Shown: positions 1 to 10,535 of the stretch, piece after piece
Layout: each line of letters opens with the position of its first letter
Numbering within the stretch: position 1 is the stretch's first letter
NCBI RefSeq assembly: GCF_001194135.2
Contig: NC_068988.1
Location: 13,047,540 to 13,080,019 of the forward strand
DNA length: 32,480 bases
Direction: 5' to 3'
From: Octopus bimaculoides
Taxonomy: Eukaryota
Made by a program: the position numbers and the translations under genes
The notes under the pieces: generated by a model
What the model was told of the DNA's origin: nothing
Database searches by the model: none
What the model saw: only the letters and a program-made list of their open reading frames with translations

Positions 1-125
1 TATATATAGTAAATCCCAAAAAAACAACGTGAGGACATGGTACATGTAAAGTATTAGCAAATGCTCAGGGAAGGAAAGAAATATGGTTTAATATTTTGAG
101 CAATGCTCTTCTTCAGAAACAGGAA
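1..125 (-). mobile_element. Penelope-like element (PLE) terminal-repeat remnant carrying a decayed minimal hammerhead ribozyme
   Basis: Minus strand 120->86 reads GTTT-CTGAAGA-A-GAGC-att-GCTC-AAAA-TATT-AAAC. This is a hammerhead core with stem II (GAGC/GCTC) and stem I (GTTT/AAAC), an arrangement typical of PLE termini. PLE assignment is from memory. Confidence 0.5.
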
Positions 126-204
126 AGTCCAACAGAAAAGAAGATGGAGGAAGAAAATTGCCAACCAGTCTTCATAGAGAACAGTGAGCTGCACAGGCAG
201 TTAG

Positions 205-417
205 GACCCATCAAGCCAAGTGAAATCATAGTCATAGTGGATACTGGAGTCACGCAAATGGCACCTGTGCCAGTAGCACATAAAAGCACCCACTACACTC
301 TCGGAGTGGTTGGTGTTAGGAAGACAATGGAATCTGGTGTGGCTCCTGTCCTTGCCAACTCTTGTCAAACTGTCCAACCCATGCTAGCATGGAAGGAAGG
401 CATTAAATGATGATGAT
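205..417 (+). mobile_element. RTE-type LINE 3' UTR/tail fragment
   Basis: Contains aaaagcacccactacactctcggagtggttgg...gtccaacccatgctagcatggaa...taaatgatgatgat. The same tail follows RTE coding remnants at 4345-4722 and 2410-3258. Confidence 0.8.
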
Positions 418-1435
418 TCCTCCCTTCTTACACCCACATTATGCCAGCGTAATGAGGGTGTAAGAAAAAGAGAGGACAAAAAGAAATTTCCATCGTCTTC
501 TGAGACAGACCAAAGCCATCAACAATGAAGACTTAATATAAAATTGACTTTATTTCTAAAGTCTATTATTTATGTTCACCCATTGTTTTCCTATTGTTTA
601 GCAATACATTGTTTATATTAAAATTCATTACTTTATAATATTTTTTTCGTTTTGGGCAATAGATTAATGATTGTTATAGCAAAATATAAACTTCTTTTCA
701 TGAGGTAGTTTGTGTGTGTGTGTGAGAGAGAGAGAGGGGAGAGAAAGAAAATAAAATCAATTGAATCAACATCAAAAGGATGAAAGGCAAAGTTAACATT
801 GGCAGAAATCTTAAGTTGGAATATAGATTTCTGCCAATTCACCAATCTGGTCATGCAAAATAAATAATTTTATTTCTTACGTTAATGGAAGCCCAGCAAA
901 TGCTGTAATTTGTCATATATTTATGAGCAAACAATTTATTTTCCTTTTCCAGTTTGAAAAATGTGCAGCAATTGTATTTCCTAATTTAATTTCACTTTAT
1001 TTCAAAGACATCAGCAGTTTTTATATCAGCATGGCCACATGCTGAATATCATAAAATGGATTTTGGCTAGTTATGCATATGTCTAGGGACATTTTGAACA
1101 GATTGGAGTATAGTTGACTGAACTGAGCCAGTGTATTACTGGTAATTATTTTAATAGCTCCAGTGTTATGTAAAGCAAAAATCAATACTGGTATTGTTTA
1201 AACTAATTGAATCCAATGCTAATTTACCAGCTCATAATACTAGTTACATTTATTTCTTACACTGGCATAAAGCCACAGATTTTCAGAGATGGGTGTATAG
1301 TCAATTATAGTGATGTTAGTACTCAGCTAGTATTTGTTTTATTAATCCAAGAATGATGAAAGAGAAAACTGAAGATTTGGATCATTCCTCCATATTGTCC
1401 ACCTTTCATAAACCAGAATGTTTTTTTCTATACTC

Positions 1436-1521
1436 CTTACTCTTTTACTTGTTTCAGTCATTTGACTGCGGCCATGCTGGAGCACTGCCTTTAGTCGAGC
1501 AAATCAACCCCAAGACTTATT
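1436..1521 (-). mobile_element. tRNA-derived SINE, type A, 3' fragment
   Basis: cttgtttcagtcatttgactgcggccatgctggagcactgcctttagtcgagc is the reverse complement of the tail of the complete copies at 2028 and 9261. Confidence 0.85.
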
Positions 1522-2027
1522 AACTATAGTATAATTTCATCTTAAAGAAAATTGCTGATAAGCATTTCTAATATTCATATATGATCATAAATCTTTAATA
1601 ATATATCATCTCCAGAATGAATGATATAAAATTACAGATGTGTGACTATTTTGCCTTACTGAGATTTGAACCCACAACATAGAGAAATGGACCTAAAAAA
1701 CTAACAGACATTTAGCCTAGATTTCTTTGATTTCTGTTTCACCACTGCTCTTGATTGGCATAAAGCCATGGTTTTATAGAAGATAAGCTATTCACGCTTC
1801 ATACTTATTTTATCGACCAGAGAGCAATATTAATTGAAATTGATTCCAGCAGACCGGAATACAGAAGAACATTTTGTCCAGCACTTATCATCTCAACTAC
1901 TACAATGCTCTTCTTTGCCAAATAATAGTAAAAATATTAATAATGGTAATATAAACAAACTAATTCAAATTTATAACAGCTACATTAACAAATTAAATAA
2001 AATATATAATGGAAATATAAATTAAAT

Positions 2028-2345
2028 AGACATAGCTGTGTGGTTAAAAAGCTTGCTTTGCAACCATATGGCCTCGGGTTCACTCCAACTGTACAGTACC
2101 TTGGAGTAGGTGTCTTCTACTATAACCCAAGACATATGCCTTGTGAAGGTATTTGGTAGACAGCGGAAGCCTGTCATGTATGTGTGTGTGTCTCACTGCT
2201 TAACAACTGGTGATGGTTTGTTTACATTCTCAGTTCAGCAAAAGAGCCTAGTAGAATAAGTAACAGACTTAAATATAGGTACTGGAGTTGATTTACTTGA
2301 TGCCCCAGCATGACCATAGACCAGTGACTGAAACAAGTAAAAGAA
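2028..2345 (+). mobile_element. tRNA-derived SINE, type A (resembles octopus OK/OR families), near full length
   Basis: tRNA-like head (gctgtgtggttaa...gggttcactcc), internal (TG)n, and tail ...gactgaaacaagtaaaag. Many copies occur in the window. Exact family needs a repeat library. Confidence 0.85.
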
Positions 2346-2409
2346 TATACGAACAAATATATTTGTAATAGTAACTAATAAAATATGTAATGGTAATAGA
2401 AATTGATTA

Positions 2410-3258
2410 TCATCATCATCATTGTTTAACGTCCGCTTTCCATGCTGGCATGGGTTGGACAATTTGACTGAGGACTGGTGAACCAGAGGCTGCACCAGGC
2501 TCAATCTGATCTGGCAAAGTTTCTACAGCTGGATGCCCTTCCTAACGCCAACCACTCCGAGAGTGAAGTGGATGCTTTTTACGTGCCACTGGCATGAGGC
2601 CAGTCAGGTGGTTCTGGCAATGACCACACTCAAAAGGTGTTTTTACATGCTACCTGCTCAGGAGCCAGTCCGGCGGTACTGGCAACGACCATGCTCGAAT
2701 GTTTGTTTTTCACGTGCCACTGGCACATGTGCTGGTAAAGCGATGTTGGCAACGATCATGCTCGAATGGTGTTTTCATGTCACCGGCACAAGAGCCAATC
2801 CGTGGCCCTGGCAATGATCATGCTTGGATGTGCTTTTAACGTTCCACTGGCACGAGTGCCAATCAGGTGATACTGTCAATGGCCACGTCAGTGATTTAGG
2901 TTTATTTATACTTGCCTCAATAGGTCTTCGTAAGCATAGTTCATTGTCCAATGTATGAGCGGTACGCATAAGTGGGCCAGTTACATCCCATGTTCGGATG
3001 TGCTTTTAACGTTCCACTGGCAAGAGTGCCAATCAAGTGGTACTGTCATCGGCCACGTCAGCAATTTTGATTTTGATTTCACTTGCCTCAATAGGTCTTC
3101 ACAAGCAAGGTTTATTGTCCAATGACTGAGGAGTCTTCATAAATGGGTTGGTTACACCCACTGGTATAGGCCATGGGTTAGGGTCTCACTTGGTTTGTTG
3201 GGTCTTCTCAAGCAAAGCATATCTCCAAAGGTCCCGGTCGCTAGTCATTGCCTCGGTA
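2410..3258 (-). mobile_element. RTE LINE 3' end with internally repeated 3' UTR
   Basis: Minus strand encodes EAMTSDRDLWRYALLEKTQQTK* (RTE ORF C-terminus), followed by a UTR with ~62-bp and ~170-bp tandem units and a (GAT)n tail. Confidence 0.85.
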
Positions 3259-3261
3259 TCT

Positions 3262-3473
3262 TTTCTACTCTAGGCACAAGGCCCAAAATTTTTGGGGTGG
3301 GAACCAGTCGATTAGATTGACCCCAGTACACAACTGGTACTTAATTTATCGACCCCGAAAGGATGAAAGGCAAAGTTGACCTCAGCAGAATTTGAATTCA
3401 GAACGTAAAGACAGACAAAATACCACTTAGCATTTGACCCAGCATGCTAACGTTTCTGCCAGCTCCCCACCTT
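3262..3473 (-). mobile_element. tRNA-derived SINE, type B (Deu/Nin-like central domain)
   Basis: Minus strand has an A-box-like gagctggcagaa, a B-box-like gaattcaaattc, then gaggtcaactttgcctttcatcctttcggggtcgataaattaagtaccag. The Deu/Nin label is from memory. Confidence 0.85.
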
Positions 3474-3713
3474 TTTAAATTAAATATATTAAATGCACTT
3501 CTTACCACACAGTTTCTATGCTAATATAATAAAGTACTAATAAATTATTAGTCATTTTAATCAACTGCACACCCCTCCACCAAATTTCTCACCTTGTGGC
3601 AATGTTGAAAATCAATTCTGTCACCTTCTGAATATGGATATTTTCACTTGAAATAGTAAATTATCAAATGTTTTTAAGGTATAAGTGTAATCTTTATTTC
3701 TATTTCTATTTAA

Positions 3714-3930
3714 CTCTTTTTGTTACCATACTTTTGTTGAAATACACTGGCATCATTTCAGTTAATTTTAGAAAAGGGGCAAGTTTAATGAAATAACTGT
3801 TATTAAGCTGGTGTTTGAAACATAAACCAACCTGAAATTTTGATGGAATATTTTAATTTAAATCACTTTAAAGCAAGAAGTTTGTATCATAAACCCAGGA
3901 GCTGTCTCAGGGAGGTTGGTATCAAAAGGT
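3714..3930. mobile_element. piggyBac-type MITE
   Basis: TTAA at 3710-3713 and 3931-3934. Imperfect TIRs ctctttttgttacca ... tggtatcaaaaggt. No coding capacity. Confidence 0.7.
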
Positions 3931-4194
3931 TTAATATGCTTCTGACTGCAATACCATACTTTTCTAAATCATTGGCTTTATAAAAATATCATATTAAATA
4001 TGTAAATGTATTGGCGGAATTGGCACAGTGATGGACAAAAATGCCCTGTGTTGCTTAATCGCATATTTTTTTGTTCAAATACCACAAAGATTGACTATTT
4101 TTTTACCTTTCTAGGATCAATAAGATGAATACAAGTTGAGAACTGATTCAATCGAATTGATCATACACATTCTTTGAATTTGATACTTTGTTCC

Positions 4195-4266
4195 TAGTCC
4201 TCAGTCAAATCGTCCAACCCATGCTAGCATGGAAAGCAGATGTTAAACGATGATGATGATGATGAT
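4195..4266 (+). mobile_element. RTE tail, extremely 5'-truncated
   Basis: agtcctcagtcaaatcgtccaacccatgctagcatggaaagcagatgttaaac followed by (GAT)n. Confidence 0.8.
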
Positions 4267-4344
4267 TAGAAATGAAATTTAACTAATTTAAGATATAATG
4301 TATAATAGTGATTTTGACTCATTAATTAACGAATAATATGTAGA

Positions 4345-4722
4345 CAGTTGCATACAGAAGTGCCGATCACTTAAAGTGGATGGAATTTGTGGAAGAGGAA
4401 GACCTAGGAAGACATGGGACGAAATATTGGAGGTTGATCTCAAGACACTGATCCTTATGAAGGAGATGACAAAGGATTATCTGGTACCTTGCTGTATTCA
4501 AGAAGACCCATCCACCACAGCAGAATTGATACTGATGCTGGTGCCACATAAAAAGTACCTAGTACACTCTGTGGAGTGGTTGGCATTAGGAAGGGCATCC
4601 GTGTGTAGAAACCATGCCAGAACAGACAATGGAGCTTGGTGTGGCCTCTGGCCTTACCAGCTCTTGGCAAACTGTCCAACCCGTGCCAGCATGGAAAACA
4701 AACATTAAATGATGATGATGAT
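4345..4722 (+). mobile_element. RTE LINE 3' end
   Basis: Encodes KCRSLKVDGICGRGRPRKTWDEILEVDLKTL (RGRPRKTW motif of the RTE C-terminus), then the UTR and (GAT)n tail. This explains ORF 4376-4708. Confidence 0.85.
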
Positions 4723-4851
4723 GCAATTTTTATCTTCAGCCTTAGGACACATAAGACTGATTGCCTGGTTTCCATGGCTATAAGTAACAAAGATCACAGC
4801 ATTTTCCTGAACAGGATGCCAGTCTGTTGCAGGGTTCATGGCCAGTAACTG

Positions 4852-5015
4852 TGAGGGAAAGGGATAAGTCAATTACATTGACCCCAATACTTGACTGCTA
4901 CTTCAGGGATGAAAAGCAAAGTTGACCTCAGAGAGATTTGAACTCAGTATGAAAAGCGTTGGAAGAAACACTGCAAAGCATTCTTGTCCAATATGCAAAT
5001 GATTTTGTCAGCTTT
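4852..5015 (-). mobile_element. SINE type B, degenerate
   Basis: gggatgaaaagcaaagttgacctcagagagatttgaactcag matches the other type B copies. Confidence 0.7.
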
Positions 5016-6062
5016 ACTACATTACATGTAACGACACAAACACAATGCCACATGATATTTAATTAAGAACCTTTGCATTTTGAGTGCACATATTGCCATG
5101 GTCAACTTTGTTTTCCATGATTTCAAGGTTAATAAAATGAAGTAAAGAAATGTGATTAATTTAGTTAACCATACTCTCCCTCGAAATGTAAAGTCTTGTA
5201 CAAATATTAAAAATCAAAGCTAATTAAATTAAAATCTAATTAATATACAATAGCAACTAATTAATTAACATATAATAACAATTGAATGACAAGACAATAG
5301 AGTTATTCCCATACAAATGTGTCCAGTTGTACATTCACTCATCTGTGTATAAATAATTATGGAGCAGATAGCTCTACAATAATTACTCCACATGTGATAT
5401 CAAATATTTTTTTTGTTGGCTGGCATTGACCCGTTTCTCTGCTAAGCTGTTGAAAATTATTATACATTGACATTAACAGAAGTGACAGAAGCAGACAGGC
5501 TTGCTGCAATAGCAACAGCTACAATACTATCAACAAGAAAAACAGTAATAACAAGCATGCTGGAGAATGGAATATTGAAGGTAATAATATTTTTTTTTGG
5601 CTTCTTTAAAAACCTGCTATGAACAAAATGTAACACTTATATATATAACAAGCTATTCTATTAAGAGTAACAGACATCTGTCTAGAAAATGACTTTGTTA
5701 TGTGTAATTAAGTATATGGTTCTGTTAGATGCTAGATGTCAGTAATAATATGCTACTTAAGAAATTCAGCATAACTTTATAATCCAATAAAACTTTTATG
5801 TATGTGTCATTTTCCCTTTCCTTATTCATCCAGTATCAGATTGATCTTTACTATTTCCATCATTATTTGTCACATTTTAGTTGCTTTCTCACTCCCTTTC
5901 TTTATATATATATATATATTACACATACATATGTTTCTATGTATAAATTTCTAAGTCAAATTTCTTTCCTACCTTACACACACATACATTTGAGTACTCT
6001 GAGATATTTTTAAATGGAAATAAAGTAATGAACACACACACACACACACACACGCACACAAT

Positions 6063-6625
6063 TGATAGTGGAGGTGGGTGACTGAAAGCATAGTAGCCAG
6101 AGAAAGAAGAGGTTGGAAGAAGTCAAAGTAGCTATTGCCTGTACTAGCAACGAATGATCTCTCCCTCAAAGTGAAGTGGTGGGGAATTATGTGATACATG
6201 AGCATGAGGTTAGATGCTGCATGGCACTGAAACATGGGTCTTGAATGCAGAGGATTTGAAAAGACAAGAAAGAAATGAAACAAGCATACTTCACTGAATG
6301 TATAATATTAAGATACATGAATGACGGAATACAAATGAGCTTTGAAAAAAACTGAACATAAGAGGAATCATATGTAGTGTGCTGGTACAGGCATGTGATG
6401 CAACTGGAAGATAATAGCTGTATAAAGAAGTGCCACATGTTCAAAATGAATGGAATCTGTGGAAGATGGAAACTGAGAAAAACTATGGATGAAGTAATGG
6501 AGATTGAGTTCAAGATGTTGCATCTCACAAATAAGATGACAAAGGACCATGTTGATTGTGGATATTCAATGCTGGAGAAGACCCAACTACATGTGCAAGC
6601 ATGGAAAATGGAATATCAAAATTGA
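6063..6625 (+). mobile_element. RTE LINE reverse-transcriptase C-terminal pseudogene fragment
   Basis: Frameshifted translation ESIVARERRGWKKSK*LLPVLATNDLSLKVK / MLHGTETWVLNAEDLKRQERNETSILH*MYNI / CWYRHVMQLEDNSCIKKC...GICGRWKLRKTMDEV, collinear with RTE ORFs. Confidence 0.85.
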
Positions 6626-6649
6626 TTGTAGTGATAGAGCCTAAAAGGC

Positions 6650-6651
<2 letters not shown>

Positions 6652-6688
<37 letters not shown>
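6652..6688. repeat. (TA)n microsatellite
   Basis: Directly visible. Confidence 0.95.
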
Positions 6689-6690
<2 letters not shown>

Positions 6691-7053
6691 TTTACTCGTT
6701 TCAGTCATTAGACTGTGACCATGCTGAGGCACCACCTCAAAAGATTTTAGTTAAATGAATCAACTCCAGCACTTATATTATCACTCCCTTTGGAGCTAAG
6801 TTACAGGGATGTTAACACACCAACACCAGTTGTCAAGTGATGGTAGGGGACAAATACAGACCCCCCCACACACACACACATATATATACACACACAACAG
6901 GTTTTCTTCAGTTTGCCAACCAAATCCATTTGCAAGGCTTTGATCGGCCTGAGGAGTGTAGAAGACACTAGCCCAAAGTACCATGCAGTGGGACTGAATC
7001 TGGAGCCAAGTTGTCGGGAAGTAAACTTCTTATCACACACACCCACACCTGCA
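6689..7053 (-). mobile_element. SINE type A, near full length
   Basis: Reverse complement of head and tail as in 2028-2345, with internal (CA)n. Confidence 0.8.
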
Positions 7054-7078
7054 TCTATATATATATAGTCGTGTAAAT

Positions 7079-7410
7079 GTGTATAAACAACAAATTAGGG
7101 ATTCATCTCTTAGGAATGTCCCAAGCAGCGAATATCTAGATATTTGGGCAAATGGAAAATTTAAAATATTTCCATTTTACAAAATAAATGATAAAAATTA
7201 TCAAATATGAGTGGCAAGAGAAAAATACTTTATAAGAATTCTAAATCCGAAACTAAACTGAAAATATTCAACACTTCATATAATAAACAATGGTAAAAGA
7301 ATACTTACATATTCCCTTTTTACAAAAATATTAGATAAAAATGATTAACAATGAAAGACAAAGGAAGAATACTTTATGAAAACCCTAAGTCCGAAAATAA
7401 ACTGGTAATA
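7079..7410 (+). mobile_element. Penelope-like GIY-YIG endonuclease C-terminal remnants, two tandem copies
   Basis: 7079-7261 reads VYKQQIRDSSLRNVPSSEYLDIWANGKFKIFPFYKINDKNYQI*VAREKYFIRILNPKLN*. About 7305-7410 reads IFPFYKILDKND*Q*KTKEEYFMKTLSPKIN. The xxExxFIxxxxPxLN ending is typical of PLE GIY-YIG domains. Confidence 0.75.
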
Positions 7411-7561
7411 GTTAATACTACCACTACTCCAAGAACAACAACTTTCTCTTTCATACATTATCCAAGAATGTGTTTGAAAAGATAATCGAAAGTGCTTACT
7501 CACACTAGAAAGAAACTTCTTCCACAAAGGTTAGTGACATTCTGATAAAAAATCTATAACT

Positions 7562-7738
7562 GATTTGACATGGTTTGTATGGCTGAATGCCCTTCCTAGC
7601 ACCAATCACCTCAAGAGTGTAGCGGGTGCCTTTTATGCGTCACTAGCACCAGCTATGACTACGATTTCACTTGGTTTAACAAGTCTTCTCAAGCATAGCA
7701 AATCACCAAAGGTCTCGATCACTTGTCATCACCTCCGC
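7562..7738 (-). mobile_element. RTE LINE 3' end fragment
   Basis: Reverse complement of the gagacctttggtgatttgctatgcttgagaagac (DLW..MLEK) region plus UTR, homologous to 2410-3258. Confidence 0.75.
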
Positions 7739-7784
7739 CCAACATTCAAAGACCATACTTCACCACTTCGTCCCAGGCCTTCCT

Positions 7785-8000
7785 GGGTCTCTGTGTTTTT
7801 GTTTGTTCCCCCATTACTGCTTGACAACCGGTGTTGGTGTGTTTATGTCCCCGTAGCTTAGCAGTTCAGCAAAAGAGACCAATAGAGTAAGAACCAGGTT
7901 TTTAAAAAAGTACTGGGATCGATACGTTTGACTAAAATTTCAAGGTAGTGCTCCAGCATGGCCACAGCCAAATAACTGAAACAAATAAAAGATAAAATCC
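7785..8000 (+). mobile_element. SINE type A, 3' half
   Basis: ctgcttgacaaccggtgttggtgtgtttatgtccccgtagcttagcagttcagcaaaagagacc...ctgaaacaaataaaag. Confidence 0.8.
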
Positions 8001-8009
8001 ACCAAAACT

Positions 8010-8207
8010 ATGGGGTGGGGCAAATACAGACACAAAGACACACACATACACACACACACATACTACAAACTTCTACCAAATTCACACAGAAGGCTTTGGC
8101 TGACCCAGGGCTATAGTAGAAGACACTTGCTTGAGTTGTCATGGAATTTGGAATAAACCCCAAGTCATGTGGTCACAGAGAGAGCTTCTTAACCACACAG
8201 TCATGCA
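8010..8207 (-). mobile_element. SINE type A, 5' half
   Basis: gctatagtagaagacacttgc...gcttcttaaccacacagtcatgc is the reverse complement of the head. Confidence 0.75.
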
Positions 8208-8214
8208 GGTGCCA

Positions 8215-8640
8215 AGAGAAAGGATAGAGATTCTCTATGGTGTACTTAGCAGATCCAGAGGCAGGCTGTCAGAAAAGGTTTGACCTTCTATGTGGTAGGT
8301 ACACCAGAGTAATTAGCAGTAAAAGTGCATGCAAAATAAACTCCTTCAAATATTTAAAAGGCTCTCTAGAAGTAACTGATAGCTTTTGTTATAACTAATC
8401 CACTGCTATTTAGGTGACCCAATTAGCAGTGGGAATGAGTGTACAGATAGCATAGTAACCTAAGTAAGAACATGGTGGGAAAGTTCAAAGAGTTATTATA
8501 TCTACTAGCAACAAAAGATATTCTAGTACAAGCATCACATTATCTATCTTTTACTTCAGAGTGGAGGAAAGATTGTATGAGGCTTATGTATGAAGTGGGA
8601 TGCTGTAAGGTAGCAAGATATGAGCTTGAACTGATAAAAA
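8215..8640 (+). mobile_element. RTE LINE RT-domain pseudogene fragment
   Basis: Frameshifted translation RDSLWCT / RGRLSEKV / LLCGRY...GSLEVTDSFCY / CYLGDPISSGNECTDSIVT*VRTW / GKFKELLYLLATK / RLYEAYV*SGML*GSK. The YLG motif is followed by the same sequence as in the 6063 copy. Confidence 0.75.
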
Positions 8641-8717
8641 TTTGTGATGATTGCAAAAAAAAAAAAAAAAAAAAAAAAAAAATTAAGTGAGCATCGTATG
8701 GTCTGTTTGGGTGTGTA

Positions 8718-8863
8718 TTCTTTTCTACTCTAGGCACAAGGCCAAAAATTCTGGGGGGGGGGGCAGTTGATTAGATCGACCCCAGTATGCAACTGGTACT
8801 TAATTTATCAACCCTGAAAAGATGGAAGGCAAAGTCGACCTCGGCAGAATTTGAACTCAGAAG
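8718..8863 (-). mobile_element. SINE type B
   Basis: ctactctaggcacaaggcc...aactggtacttaatttatcaaccctgaaaagatggaaggcaaagtcgacctcggcagaatttgaactcagaa. Confidence 0.85.
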
Positions 8864-9260
8864 TGACCATGAATGGCAGAGCACAAATGAGGTGAGGGAA
8901 TAGTTGGATAAATAAGGAATTGGATGTAGTGTATCTTCAAGATGCATCTGTTCCACTCTCATCATTGTGTCTAAAGATGAAACAGTATTTATATGTGTAT
9001 AATAGGAACAGGCATGGCTGAGTGTTTAAGAAGTTTGCTTCCTGACCATGTGGTTCCAGGTTCGTTCCTACTGCATGGCACCTTGTTTTCCTTTCAGTTG
9101 GACCCAGGTCTCTCCAGTCTTCCTGCAGATAACCTCTCTCATACCGGTGGCATAATAAAATTTATTCAGTCCATGCAGTAAATTAGTTTGGTGATAAGAA
9201 AAGTATCTAGCAGAAAAACAAAAATCCCGAAAAAGAAAACCTAACCCTAACAACATATGC

Positions 9261-9657
9261 CAGGCATAGCTGTGTGGTAATAAGTTTGCTTCCCAACCAC
9301 ATGGTTCCGGGTTCAGCCCCACGGCATGGCACCTTGGGCAAGTGTCTTCTACTATAGCATCAGACCGACCAAAGCTTTGTGAGTGGATTTGGTAGATGGA
9401 AACTGAAAGAAGCCAGTTGTATATATATATATACATTTATGTGTGTATGTCTTTGTGCCTGTGTTTGTTTCCTGCCACTGCTTGATAACCAGTGTTGGTG
9501 TGTTTACATCCCCATAACAGTGGTTCAGCAAAAGAGACCAACAGACTACATACCTGGCTTAAAAAAACTGGCTCTGGCATCAGTTCATTCAGCTAAAAAT
9601 TCTTCAAGGTGGTGTCCCAACAGGCTTAATGACAGAAACGAGTAAAAGATAAAAGAT
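9261..9657 (+). mobile_element. SINE type A, full length (preceded by a second head at ~9008-9075)
   Basis: gctgtgtggtaataagtttgcttcccaaccacatggttccgggttcagcccc head through the gaaacgagtaaaagataaaag tail. Confidence 0.85.
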
Positions 9658-9884
9658 AAGGAAGTTGGCCAGTTTTTTTCTGTTTCTATATGTACAAGAT
9701 GACAAGGACCATGATGAATAAACAAGATGCAGTAAGATTCATTCAAACTATGCCTTCATGGGAAGTTGGATGTAAACTGATGAGATGATAATGGTGAAGA
9801 GGTTGATTTAAGAGACATCCAATTAAGTCACTCATGCGGTCCTTTTCTTTAAAAATTTGTTTCATTACTTTTTTTTATATTTAA

Positions 9885-10020
9885 ACCTTTGAGCCTGTAA
9901 CACCAGTTTATCAGTGGATGGTTTATTTTTCTCTATACCATAGCACTGCTCTACTGGTGGAGTGCATCTGGAAGCCAGATATATGGTCAAATAAGGTTCA
10001 GGAGGTCAGGGCTCAAAGGG
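9885..10020. mobile_element. piggyBac-type MITE (136 bp)
   Basis: TTAA at 9881-9884 and 10021-10024. TIRs acctttgagcc / ggctcaaaggg match at 10 of 11 positions. Confidence 0.8.
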
Positions 10021-10535
10021 TTAAGTGTCACAGGAGTGAAACAAATGAAACCATGAGGCAGCAGAAAATGAAAAGAAAATTATGGGGAAAAAAAATGAGA
10101 AAGGCAAGAGAGGAAACATTTTTCAAAGTGACATTAAAACTGAAATAATTAGAGCGTGTCAAATGATTCTGATATTTGACAATTGTCATTCCTATTTGCC
10201 TATTTTGATTCCATCACATGTAACAGGAGCTAAACAAATACAATGTCACCACTTAATAAAAAAAAAGGAAATTTGTGAATGAGTAATTTACACTTAAATC
10301 TATGCAATAATTTATTACTTCAACATCATACTGTGTTTTTAAATTCAAAATAAACAAATGAACAAAAAATTATGTAAACACACAAACACACACACATAAA
10401 TTAACATTTACACCTTAAAATTAAGTGTGGCATTCAAATTCTTCATGAATGGAAAAAAGCGCCAAAGGAAAGTGGAAGCTATTTAAACAGATCATTAATC
10501 CATATCAACAAAAATTTAAAAAAAAAAAAAAAAAT

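Noticed and set aside
2028-2110. tRNA-like sequence with A/B boxes (also at other SINE heads)
   Set aside because: No complete cloverleaf. It continues into SINE body and tail and is multi-copy, so it is not a tRNA gene.
2575-2890. Regularly spaced ~62-bp repeats that might suggest a CRISPR-like array
   Set aside because: Whole units are homologous with no unique spacers, the context is eukaryotic, and they lie within an RTE 3' UTR.
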